A DNA stretch of 63,972 bases, the filler included, from Kipferlia bialata (lineage: Eukaryota), in assembly GCA_003568945.1 (NCBI GenBank). It is 5 parts of 5 records of this genome, joined end to end, with 100 filler letters (N's around TTAATTAATTAA, not from the genome) between each part and the next. Parts side by side here need not be neighbours in the genome. Positions count along the whole stretch, not along the records: positions 44,886 to 59,714 come from BDIP01000765.1; positions 59,815 to 63,972 come from BDIP01000785.1; 3 more parts are not named here. One strand, 5' to 3'. The position numbers and the translations under genes were made by a program. Under the pieces are notes generated by a model. That model was not told where the DNA came from. It saw nothing but the letters and a program-made list of their open reading frames with translations, and did not search any database. This document shows positions 53,057 through 63,972 of the stretch, piece after piece; within the stretch, counting starts at the first letter, position 1; each line of letters begins with the position of its first letter.

Positions 53057-54101
53057 ATGGGCCGCAGCCCCCGCCCCCCACCCCTCGAGCACCTCGTCTC
53101 CTCTGGCCTCCCTGCCTCTCTGTGGAGTGAGTACCACGACAGCGTGGATGCCCTGATAGAGAGGGTGTCTGGGGTGTCGAGGGGAGAGTGGGTGCACTGC
53201 AGCAAGTCAGGTGGGGTGCTGATCTCTGTCTCTGTCTCTCTTTGTTTGTGTACATACATATGGGGTTTGGTCTTGACCGGATTCATAACCCCACATAGTT
53301 GAGTCTATAGATATGAATTGATACATAGTATTGTGTATCTCAATCACTCTCTCACCCACAGTGAGCTCGCTTCACATCAAGTGTGCCAGCTGTGGAGAGT
53401 GTGCCATCAGGTACAGACTACCATCCCCTCCCCGACACACAGTATGTATTCCTATACATATATATATGCTCTCTCAGAGTGCTACCAGCTGTGATGGCAG
53501 TCCCCCCCCCCCTCCCCCCCTCAAATCTATCTCTCTATCAACCACCAGTGTGTGACTGATGCACCTCTATTAGATATATGTAAGCTTCCATCCTCCAAAG
53601 TGGATAATCGACTCCCTACAATACCCCCCCCCCCCATTCTCCAGATGCTATCATCTGATATAGTGTCAATGGTCATCAGTGTGAGGACGCCATACTCATG
53701 TACATTACACTAATCTCTGCCTCACATTCAGATACTCTAAGGCAGGAGGCTTCCACCTTATAGCATTCAGGCAGAGGGTACAGAAGGGGGTCAAGATCAT
53801 ACAGTGCCGGCACAGTGACATGTGCCCAACAGGCAGAGGTAATACTCTGTAATTGCGGCAGATGCAGTACTCTGATCTGACCCCCCCATCACCCCTAGAT
53901 ACACAATACATTCTCTCCTCATATCCACTCTAAAGCACATGTCTTTGCAAGTATCCCCTGACCAAAAGGCGAGCCTGCCTTCGTTGACGCCTCCCTCATC
54001 ACCCATATCGACCTGGATGCCAGGGCCATCGCATCCCTAGGAGGCAGGGAGACACTGTGGGTGTCGAATGACAGCAGAAAGGTATGTATATATATGTATA
54101 T

Positions 54102-54132
<31 letters not shown>

Positions 54133-55268
54133 CACCCTCTCATTCGGGGATGTATTGGAGACAACATGAACCTTCTCGCACACACCACACATGCATTTCT
54201 GAAGTATTGAATTCCCTAGATTGAGTCTATCAACAAGTCTTATCTCTCTCCCACTCAGTTCTATGTTCAGTCTGGAGAGCCTGGGACTGGTGTCCCCGTC
54301 ACTCCTGTCACTGTGTTACCTCTACCGGAGGGGTGGGTTGCGATCTGTGATAACGTGGCTCGGATAGGGAATCGTCTTTACACGCTACTCTGTAAGGCTA
54401 ACGACGGCTCAAGTTGTGGTATAAACTTTTGTGTATTCTGCGTAGAGTTAGACAACGGCTGTGCTATGAGTCACAATGGCTTTCCAGTCCGAGGGCGTTC
54501 GAGTCCGGTACGGTGGAGGAAGTTGGGGAAGCCAAGTATCCAGTTCGGAGGGATATCTCCCGATAACATGTATGACAGGCTGAGCCACATGCACCTCGTT
54601 GCTGTGGATGGGACACTGCTGCTAGTCAGAGTAGGTGACGCCAACAGGCACACCATAGTAGAGCAGTACAAGGAAGAGACACGGGAGTGGGAGAGACTGG
54701 CCAAGATACGGCATGCACACTCCTTGATTAACGAGTATTCCGAGAGGACCGACAAGTTCCACTACACCCTCGCTGCATGCCACGGCCACCTCCACTTCCT
54801 AGCTGGGGGAAGGCATCTGACGTACAGACCAGCGGTGGGTGCGGATGGAAAGGGAGTGTGGGAGAGAGAGGACCTCCCTGAGGATATCAGTTATGAGTCC
54901 AATATGGGAGTGTGTGTGCACGGGAGGTACCTTGTGATGAGTGATCATGACGAGAAGTACAGGGTGTATGATACAGTGTCTAACAGGTGGGTACTATATA
55001 CTACTATACTGCTATACTCTGGTACCATAGTAAGAATGTCACTTCGTTAGTTTTGTAAGTTATTCCATATTCGGATCCTCATATTAGCTGGTTCTCGTAC
55101 TGTGGCACTGCCAGTGCACCAAAACCTCATCTCTTGCCGCAGTGTGCACCAGAGGCAGAGAGGGAGACATCCTGTGTTGGATGCGTTTGGGTGTATGACT
55201 ATGAGATCAAAGAGTCCACCCGGACCCTGCACCACCTGACATTCTACCCACAGCCAGACTATCAGTGA
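53057..55268 (+). CDS. Protein with Cys/His-containing N-terminus and Kelch/beta-propeller-like C-terminal region
   Basis: Blade-like segments LVAVDGTLLLV..VEQYKEETREWERL, ACHGHLHFLAGG..GVWE, CVHGRYLVM..YRVYDTVSN|SW. Ends PDYQ* at 55268. Confidence 0.55.
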
Positions 55269-55318
55269 TATATCATATCATATATACATACTTTTCAGTG
55301 ACATACTACCCACAGTCT

Positions 55319-56716
55319 GACTATCATTGAGAGGGAAGGCTGGGTGTTGTAGGAGATACATAGATATATTCACTCTTTCTTCTGTCCAGAAGGGACATTC
55401 TACAATAGAGAGAGAATGACAGTGAGCATATATGTGGTAACTGACCATCTACATGCATACCCATACACTTGCTTATCGCTGACATTGCGTCGTGCGCTAG
55501 AACATTGATCGTACTAGAATAGAGCTTTATGCGGACTTCGAAGGAAAAGGTCTGAATACTACTATTTGCCAAAAGGGTTGAGTCGTCCACATAATCTTCA
55601 TCATATCTTCACAGATGGGGAGAGATCCGAAGAGAAAGGGTAGCCGCCAGTGGAGCATTAGAGACGTCCTGACTCGGCAAGTGCCACCTGCGTCCAGACC
55701 TGACTGGTGCTATGGAGTGGAAGAGGCCATTGCGCGGTATGTGCATTGTTTCACTCCATTTATCTCACTCTTTTGACAGGGTTGGGGTCTTCAACTCTTC
55801 TTCACATCTAATACTTCAGGTTCCCACACATGCACTGGATTAGCACTCACAGGGAGGAGTTTCGGGCACTGTCTTTGGCTGATCGGCGAAAGATCACCGG
55901 TCCTGCCCTTGAGGAGGAGCAAGAGGTCCTTAGGATCCAGAAGGAGGTGGAGGAGGCCAAGAGGAGGAATCAGAAGATGGGTCGGTGATGTGTTGGTGTC
56001 TTGTGTGCGATGGGAAGTTCGGTAATCGGGCTTATGTATATTTGTTGTGTTTTGAGTGTGGTGTTGCACTACAACTGCCCCTTGTATTCTGATGGGTTAG
56101 TTGTATCGGTGCATATATTCTGTTCGGCTTTTCTCTCTAGAAAGCGCCCACCAATGTGCGTATTCCCTCAAGAATCGGACTGAGACGCAGTGTCCTGGCC
56201 GGTCTGGTTTGACTGGTGAGTTGACTGCAGTCACTAACATCTCTACTGTTTCTACATGTATATGTGTATGACAGATGGCTAACCAGCTATGTCACGTGTG
56301 AGCATACTTCTGTGTTGTTGACAACAACTTGTTGTATGTAGAAGCTGAATAGTACCCGTAGTAGTCTTCTGTAGATAGACACCTATCCCCCCAACCAATA
56401 CCCCCTCTCTCTCTTGATTAGCACTTAAGTCACGCGATTTCCTTGTCTATCTTCTCTAGGCATCTCTCTCATTCCCCCCCCTCCACACTCTAACTCAAGG
56501 GATGTCTTGGTATCTGTGCATGGGGTCAGCCACGGTTAGAGTACTGGTGGGTACCTCACGTACAAGTGGGTATATGGCATTCAGGCTTTCAGACTATCAG
56601 TGAGAGGAAAGACTGGTTGTTCAGGAGAAGATACATAGATTCACTCTCTCTTCTGTCCAGAAGGGACATTCTACTATAGAGAGACAATGACAGTTAGCAT
56701 ATATGTGGTAACTGAC
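55319..56716 (+). repeat. About 125-bp diverged direct repeat (55319-55445 and 56592-56716)
   Basis: Shared core ATTCACTCT.TCTTCTGTCCAGAAGGGACATTCTAC.ATAGAGAGA.AATGACAGT.AGCATATATGTGGTAACTGAC. Confidence 0.9.
55615..56603 (+). pseudogene. Degenerate tandem copy or remnant of the upstream Kelch-like gene
   Basis: First exon MGRDPKR..VEEAIAR|VG resembles MGRSPR..VDALIERVSG. It ends in the same GACTATCAGTGA (DYQ*) followed by a copy of the upstream gene's 3' flank. The middle is not reconstructable. Confidence 0.4.
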
Positions 56717-57245
56717 ATTCTCTCGTGACAGTCGATCGTCTACCGGGATTACGGTCTCAACTTTCGATAGAGATTAAAATGACAAGCACTCTATTGACAC
56801 TCTTCAACGTAGATATTATATCCGCCGTTCTGCACAAGTAGTGCTGCCTCTGGGCTCTAGTGAATAATAATAGTAATGTTACCAGCAGGATACTCACACT
56901 ACGATATATAGTGCCTGCCTGTGTAGGTGTATATGCGATACACATACACTATTTCCCAGCGTGGGAGGGTGAGGGGGATACAGCCTTCTGGCTGTGCCGA
57001 CTATCCATGACAACAGACTCCCTGACTGCCTGAATATCACCTGCAGCAGAATGTCAATGAACCAGGGGGGTAGACAGTGGACACGCCTTAGAGACATCCT
57101 GTCCCTGTCCCCTATACGACACACTGTTCACCCAATACACAGTGGCATACCAAGCATGGCACCAGCATGGCAACCAACCCTCACTGATGTTGAGGGCCAG
57201 AGGGAGAGAGTCACCCAACCAATGGAAAGAGTCTCATGATGGGGC

Positions 57246-59622
57246 CTATGTAAAGCTGATACTCTCTGTGTGTTCAGAGTCTGAACCAGCATCAGCCCCA
57301 GCCTGGTATGGGTCCACTGCATCTCCCTCTCTCTCTGCCTCTGCTCTGAACTGGGATAGACCGAAAGAGGGGTCCTCCATCACCCCAGAGCTACTACGGG
57401 ACTCCCTCCCACTAGCCCTCTCTCCCGCACTGGTGGGTATAGATACAGTTGACTGGGCAGCTCTCTTGGCCTGGGGCTCTGTCACAGGTCTCTCTCTCTC
57501 TGCCTTTGTCTCCCTCTTTGCAACCACACCCTTGTCTGGTGGGGCATACATGGCATCTCTCTGTCTAATGTCGTTCAACACAGTCTGTACATGTAGGGTG
57601 GTACCCTGCTGTGAGTGGTATGTATCACCATATGTATGCATACATATACTCTATGCGAACTAAATCAGAAGAGGCCACTGGTTGAATTTCGAATACCTTT
57701 GTAGCGTATGTTCTGACCCTAATGGCCCCAGCCTCCTTACGCCTGACACGACTTGTGCCCTCATCCCTGGTCGTCAGTTGGAAGACTCTCTCTCTGTCTC
57801 TCCCACACATACATATATATATATGCTACGTGTGTTCCACCTCAGCAACGCAACCATCTCCTGTGATGATATGAATGGCTTCGGTCCCTCCTCCTTGGAT
57901 GCCTCTGACGCTGAGCCTCTCTTCTTCTTACCCTTGCGCTTCTTGGTGGTCTTCTCAGTCTTAACAGCCTGGGTATCAGCAGACACATCATATTCCAACC
58001 TCTACATATGGATAAGGACCCGTATGATAATATATGCCCACCTTCTGCGTATCTGATATATCAGCCTTGACAAAGGGTGCGTGGAAGGCATGTACGATAG
58101 AGGCACCTCCCTTGGGGCCTATGCCTGTCGAGGTGAGACATATGCAGAGGGCGAGGAAGTATATATATACTATACATATATACTATATGGTGAGAGACCC
58201 CCACCCTTGACGTCTGTGAGCTCTGCCTCTGATGCCTCTGATATGGCCTTGAGACTGCCGAACCTAGCTATCAACTTGATGGCAGCGGGTTCAGTCACGC
58301 CCTGGAGGTGGGGGAGGATACATAGAGAACTATATATGTCCCTGTAAGTGATATAATAGTCCCACCAATCTTTTGCTCTGATGTTGTGTGATGGAGGGGG
58401 TATATGGAATACATCTTGATGTAATAGTAGATGTTGAATATGGTACATTGCATACGTGATACCGTGTATGATATACCTTCATCTTTGTCAGAAAGAGGAC
58501 TGCTCTCTCAAAGTGGGAGATGCTGTGGTGAGTAGGAGTGCGATGTACACAAGAGTATTAATCTCTACCAATAAGAACGTACTTTGCAGATACTCCATCG
58601 AAGGCCGAGGCATCAGCAGTGGCATAGGCCTAGGGTCAAGGGGGAGGAGAGATGGAGAGAGAGAGACAGGAGTAGTGGCATAGGCCAAGGGTGTGAGAAA
58701 GAGAGGGAGACAGGAGGGAGAGAGGAGGGAGGAACGTAGCCAAGTGGCCTCACCTGCAGTGCCTGTACACACTGTGCACACTCCTGCCAGGACCAGACTG
58801 GAGTTAGATATATATTTCTATATATCTTTGCACTCACAGAGAGAGGGAGGGGAGGTGGAGAGAAAGATGGAGTGTAGCTACATGATATATCATGCCGTAC
58901 CTAGCACCGGTGTGTAGTTGTTGTCGTATGCCACCCAATTGATGTGGTCACTGGGGGTGAGGGAGGTTGGGGAGAGAGTATATATAGAGGATAAGAGACA
59001 AACGGCATGGAATCTGAATAGATCTACATTACACAAACTATACGTACAGGTCCTGTTTGGATGTTCTTCCCACCACTACGACTAGGAGCAAACGGAACCT
59101 GGAGTGAGATTCAAACAGTGTAAATGAATTAGTCGACCACACTGAGGGATAGTAGGGGGAGTAGGGTACTGAGGGATGGTAGACAGAACAGGAGGGCAGA
59201 GAGAGACAACTAAAGGAGGCGCGCGGGGTAGAAACACCCACACCTGAAAGCTGATGTGTCATCCCTGCGGAGCAGTCTGTCTACCTAGAGTTAGTAGCAA
59301 GTAATAGAGAGAGAGAGAGAGAGAGAGGGAGGGTGAGTGGCAGAGATTAATATATCAAATGAGAAGGAGGAGAGATAGAGTCGTTGTCTACCTGGCGCAC
59401 ATCAGCCACTCTTCCAGGCTGGGTGACAAAGGCTGGAGTTAGAGGGACAGGGAAAACAGATATAGAATACATAGTGAGAGGGGGATGAGAGAGAGAGCGA
59501 CAGAAAGAGAGATAGAGAGAGAGACATGATGGTGGAGGGAAAGGACCCGGGGTAGTCATTGTGTGGGCAGTAACATACCTACAGACTCGCCCACTTGGAT
59601 GTCAGTGAGGGTGTTGCTGAAC
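57246..59622 (-). CDS. ERCC1: ERCC1-like (XPF/ERCC1/FAAP24 family) protein with tandem HhH and long C-terminal extension, 5'-truncated
   Basis: RFRLLLVVV..TPVL|VWSWQECAQCVQAL matches the central domain (cf. LILAWSxEEAxxY). GVTEPAAIKLIARFGSLKAISEASEAELTDVK|GIGPKGGASIVHAFHAPF matches HhH2 ending in HxPF. Confidence 0.68.
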
Positions 59623-59660
59623 CTGGGGTTGGAGAAACTATGTAGGGATACACATAGAGA

Positions 59661-59714
<54 letters not shown>

Positions 59715-59814
59715 NNNNNNNNNNNNNNNNNNNNNNNNNNNNNNNNNNNNNNNNNNNNTTAATTAATTAANNNNNNNNNNNNNNNNNNNNNNNNNNNNNN
59801 NNNNNNNNNNNNNN
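59715..59814. other. Artificial contig-joining spacer after poly-G run
   Basis: N44-TTAATTAATTAA-N44. Confidence 0.97.
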
Positions 59815-59890
59815 GTACGGGTATTCAATCCCCCCCCCCCCCCCCCCCCCCCCCGCCTATGAACACATATGGACTATGGCAAAGACTCAC

Positions 59891-60015
59891 CTCAGCACAC
59901 AGTCCCCTCTCTTCAGAGGGCCAAGGGCCACAATCCCATTCCCGTACCCAGGCACCTGCCGGATAGTGATACTAGCACCCACAAAGGTAGGGCCGTAGCT
60001 GGATCCAAATGCCAT
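59891..60015 (-). CDS. First exon of a SET-domain protein running off the contig's left end
   Basis: MAFGSSYG..ITIRQVPGYGNGIVALGPLKRGDCVL(R)|GTGAG matches SET motif I (GxGLVAxRDIxxGExIL). Confidence 0.65.
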
Positions 60016-60322
60016 CCAGGTATAATAGCAGCAAAACAGTGCCGCACTGCCAGTGGAAACGGATAGGATTGCAAAAGGGTGCAGCATTTTGAAGGCAAAC
60101 ACAACATCTACCTTATGTCCATCATTCATTCTCTATAGTCACTATAGACCCCTCAATAACGCCTACTACCCCACTCTCTAGTGTCAAAGTATTAATACCA
60201 TATAAGAACTACCAAAGTATTTCTTTCTAATAGGCCTAGTACACTGGTCTTCTATTTTGTGACAATTATTGGCTGCTTCGTACGAGTAATCACAACCCAA
60301 CCGCCCAATTTAGACCCTAGTC

Positions 60323-63300
60323 TTACATGTAGTTGATGTTGGTCCTTCCTCCCTGCTGGATGTGGAGCACTGTGGCGGACATGGCCACTCCTATGTACTG
60401 GCCGTTGTTCTTGTCGGTGGTCGGGGTGGAGTCGACATAGTCGCTGTAGTATGGTGTGCCGGGGATCAGGCCTGTGTACCTGGAGTGAGACAATACAATT
60501 TCAGATGAATACGGCACATAATCACCAACATTATAATAGTCGTCGTACCCCGTGTAGAATCCTCCTCCCACCATGACAGAGACAGTCTCACCGGCAGCGG
60601 CACTGGTCAGGGCCACGCCTAGCATAACGCCGTTGTCGTAGGGCTCGGAATCAGGGGTCTGCTGGATAGAGTGGCACGTTCCTGGGGTCAGACACAACCA
60701 GCCATGAAGACAGTGAAGAGATAGACGGGTTTGTGACACATTTAGTGACGTGACGTACCATCTGCGAAGGCGCGCAAGTGGTCCCCAACAGCTACGGAAT
60801 AGGGACCTCCAGCAGAGTTGAGGGTGGTTCCGGATGACACGGTGAAATCCCTAAAGGGTAAGAAAGGTCAGAGAAAGAAGACATGAGTCAGAGTCTTCTC
60901 ACCAGATGTATGAGTCTGCTGAGTATCCAGAGGAGCCCGAGGCTGGCGTGACCCATCCAACCCCTGAGGCCTCGACACCTAGTACCTGGGGTCATACAGA
61001 CATGTGCGAAGAGTATGCAACTATAACGGTAGTGGTGTTCTGAAAAGGGGGGTTATGAATGAGAATGAGTACTCTCCATGACATGTACCTGACCCTCAGT
61101 GCCCGCCGAGGTGGGGAGACTGTATACGGTGGAGGCACCACTGGTGATGGACAGAGAGTCGGTGCTGACACTCCCAGCAGTGACAGCGCCAGTGACACCA
61201 AGAGAGTCTAGGGCAGCGGTGCCGGACACAGTGAGAGAGGTCAGGGAGGTGGCACCTGGGAGTGAGAGGAGTATATTGGGTTTGAGAGGTATGTGTTAGG
61301 CACCTGAGTCTGTGAGGCCGTCTACAGTGGTGGCCCCAGACACATCAAGGGCGCCACTTACATCAACACTGAGCGCTGTCAGGGTCAGGTTGTTGCCTGT
61401 GGTGGCAGTGACAGCATCTACTGTAAGAGTCTTGCCGGCAGTGAAGGTGACGTGGTCGGAGAACGAGGCGCCAGCCAGAGTGGAGGCCCCAGTGACTGTA
61501 AGGGTTGTGAGGCTAGAGGCGCCAGACACAGTCAGAGTGGTCCCAGAGAGAGTGGTGCTGGGGGTCTCCCACACCAGGCTGGTGGCTCCGGCAACTAGTC
61601 TCTGGGTGTGAAAGGGTTATATCAATCAATCAATCACTAGTGTCCCAAGTAGAGTAAGTGCATACCTGGCCAAGGGTACCAGCTGTTGCAGGGAAGGTGT
61701 AGAGAGCAGACCCGCCGCTTGTCACTGACAAAGAGTCGAAGGAACCAGCAGAGGACGTCACACTAGCACCAGAAACGGCGCCGGTAACACTGAGTGTAGA
61801 TCCTACAGTTGCAGCACCAGTGACTCCTAGAGAGGCCACAGTTGCAGCACCAGAGGTTGTGAGGCCAGCCAGGGATGTATCCCCAGTGACAGTCAGGTCA
61901 TTCCCAACGGAGACGTCTGCAGAGAACCCAACGGTAGGGGCAGAGACTGAGAGGGTGTTGGTCCCAATGGTCCCAATGGTATCCACGGTCAGAGCCTTCC
62001 CAGCAGTCATGGAGAGAGTGTCGGAGACGGTAGCAGAGGCGAGGCTGGAGGCACCGGACACAGTGAGTGTGGTGCCGGTCAGGTCGGTGGAGCCACTGCC
62101 TGAGGAAGCGTCCACCCACTCTGGCCCTGTGGAGCCATACCCAAGTACCTGACTGGTGAGGAAGGAGGTGATTGACTATCAGTCTTATGATAGAATACAG
62201 TAGGTCAAGTATACTATATATATATAAGTGTATATATATACCTGTCCGTCTGTTCCTGCTGCAGCAGGGAGGGTGTATACAGTGGTCCCTCCGGATGTGA
62301 CAGACAAGGAGTCGAAGGCACCAGTGGTGGCTGTCACACTAGCTGCAGTGGCGTCACCAGTAACATCGAGGTCCCCGCCGACCTCCAGGTCGTGTGACAA
62401 GGTGGTGACAGGGGCAGAGATGGCAAGGGTGTTGGACCCAACTGTGCTGATTGTGTCGACTGTGAGAGTCTTCCCGGCCCCCATGGTCACCGTGTTGGTG
62501 TATGTGGTGGGTACTGTCACTGTCATGCCACCCCCACGACCCTTGGGAGAGTAGATGCCAGAGTCGGTAATCTCCTCGTCAAAGAGTGAGAACACAGACA
62601 CCCCACCGACCTCAAAGCCCATGGTCCTGCCTGCCCCTACGTTGAAGACAGCATCGCCTAGGGTGGGGAGTAGAGAGAGTAATGAGGGGGTAAATGAAGG
62701 GTGATATATACCTGCTGAGTCCACTAGGACGTCTGCCTCGGTCGTGATGTTGAGAGAGTCAGCCTCGAGGGTGACAGCAGAGACGTCAGACCCAATGTCA
62801 ACGATGGGGGAGTCGCTGCCCAGAGCCACGCCTGGGGTAAGAGGGGGAGGTCAATAGAGCGCATGTAATGATAGAGGTATATAGAGAAAGACATCAAGGG
62901 CATCTGACACAGGTTGAGAAGAGCGGGTGGGGGGCGAGAGAGAGTAGGGGGACATACCTGCAGGGGAGTCCAGAGACAGGGCATCAGTTGCAGTGGTGGG
63001 GGCATTGAGGGCGCCAACACTGAGGCTGGGGATGTACACATCTGCCTAGGGGTGAGTGTGGTGGTGATGTGTATATATATATACTAATAAATCTACATAT
63101 ATAGTACTGATAGTATATATGAAATATATACCTCGCCCTCGAACACCAGGGCACCGAGGAGGTGTGTGGTGGATGCGGCTGATCCAATGGACACAGTGGC
63201 TGAGGAGGAGGTGCCAATCAGGATGGACCCGTCGGTGTCACCCTCACCAGCCTCAAGGACAAGGTCTCCACCTGACATCAGCAATCATACATATATATAC

Positions 63301-63900
63301 ATCAACTGTTTTTGCTGGGCCTAGTAAAGAGTGGATGTATGTTTGGGGAATAGAATAAAGGGGAGGGGGCGGGGGGGGTTAGTGCACCTGTCTCTCCAGA
63401 CCCGGCCTGGATGAGCAGGTCTCCCCCTGTGTAGTTGGAGTCAGTGCCAAAGACAGCTGTGGAGGGGGCCTGGGATGAGACACGGGGACAAGAGGGAGGG
63501 GGGGGGGGAAGATAATATGGAATGGAGGGGGCCTGGAGAGAGAGATTCACAGAAACATTGGGTAATGAAATGTGGATGGGTGAGACAGAGAAATACTGAC
63601 TTGACATGAAACGGTTGGTTGAGGATGCGAGGGATATTACATATACATATTGGCGCCATACCTCATCTGAGGCTGAATCCAGTGCAACAGTGGGCCTGAC
63701 AGTGAGATGACAGTGGAAGGGGGGGGGGAGAGGGGGAGACGGGGGAGGGAGAGAGAGAGAGAGAGAGAGAGTAAAACCAGCGGAGGATCTTGATACATGC
63801 AGACACACACACCTTATGACACTGAAGTCCTCCTCCCCTCCCAGGGAGAGGGAGTCGCCCACAAACAGTCCGAGGAACATGTAGGTGCCTAGGATACCCA
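60323..63900 (-). CDS. Large Thr/Ser/Gly/Ala/Val-rich repeat protein resembling phage tail fibre or trimeric beta-helix adhesin; 5' end outside window
   Basis: About 13 exons. GGDLLIQAG/GGDLVLEAG motifs, LTVSGASSL/LTVTGASTL beta repeats, three units ending DSLS(V/I)TSG..Y(T/S)(L/F)P..AGT.GQ|(V/R)L.....W, and a C-terminal GVALTSAAAGETVSV..GLIPGTPYY..IGVAMSATVLHI domain. Confidence 0.7.
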
Positions 63901-63972
63901 CTGGGTCAGACTCGAGATGGTGTTGAGGTCTGGGTTAGACTCATATCTAAATATAGACACATAGTAATATAC

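Noticed and set aside
55319..56716. Direct repeats as LTRs of a retroelement
   Set aside because: No TG..CA ends, target-site duplication, PBS/PPT or gag/pol. The repeat starts at a gene's stop region, which fits tandem duplication.
57052..57239. Plus-strand ORF MSMNQGGRQWTRLRDIL, similar to RQWSIRDVL at about 55645
   Set aside because: Match is too short, there is no supporting exon structure, and it lies in the ERCC1-like gene's 3' flank.
14872..59814. Recurring palindrome TTAATTAATTAA about every 15 kb
   Set aside because: Always embedded in N44 runs; an artificial linker between contigs of decreasing length, so gene neighbourhood across it is meaningless.
1..63972. Most short ORFs in the supplied track as independent genes
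   Set aside because: They are exon-plus-intron read-throughs (YIYI/SLSL runs from microsatellites) or antisense shadows of spliced genes.

Overview
Eukaryotic, intron-dense genomic DNA. The window is five unrelated assembly contigs (1-14871, 14972-29840, 29941-44785, 44886-59714, 59815-63972) joined by artificial N44-TTAATTAATTAA-N44 spacers. The short introns, branch point fused to the acceptor (CTNAC-N1-3-NAG), (TA)n/(GA)n-rich introns and gene content suggest an anaerobic fornicate protist such as Kipferlia; this is inference, not a database match. Spliced genes reconstructed by hand: tandem DJ-1/PfpI protein, pentapeptide-repeat protein, prokaryote-type aconitase, Mps1/TTK kinase, full ABCA transporter, SET methyltransferase, NTF2, Cep135/Bld10-like protein, eIF2B-gamma, two CUB-like repeat surface proteins, a Kelch-like protein with a degenerate tandem copy, an ERCC1-like protein and a phage-tail-fibre-like repeat protein. 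The most unusual signal is a set of 'splice-junction echoes': repeated partial copies of exon ends with their splice site, sitting inside the flanking introns, that differ from the real exon mainly at synonymous positions. There are also several GC-AG introns and AAG/GAG acceptors, a likely horizontally acquired aconitase and an intron-bearing fibre-like gene. All exon structures are manual reconstructions without transcript evidence.
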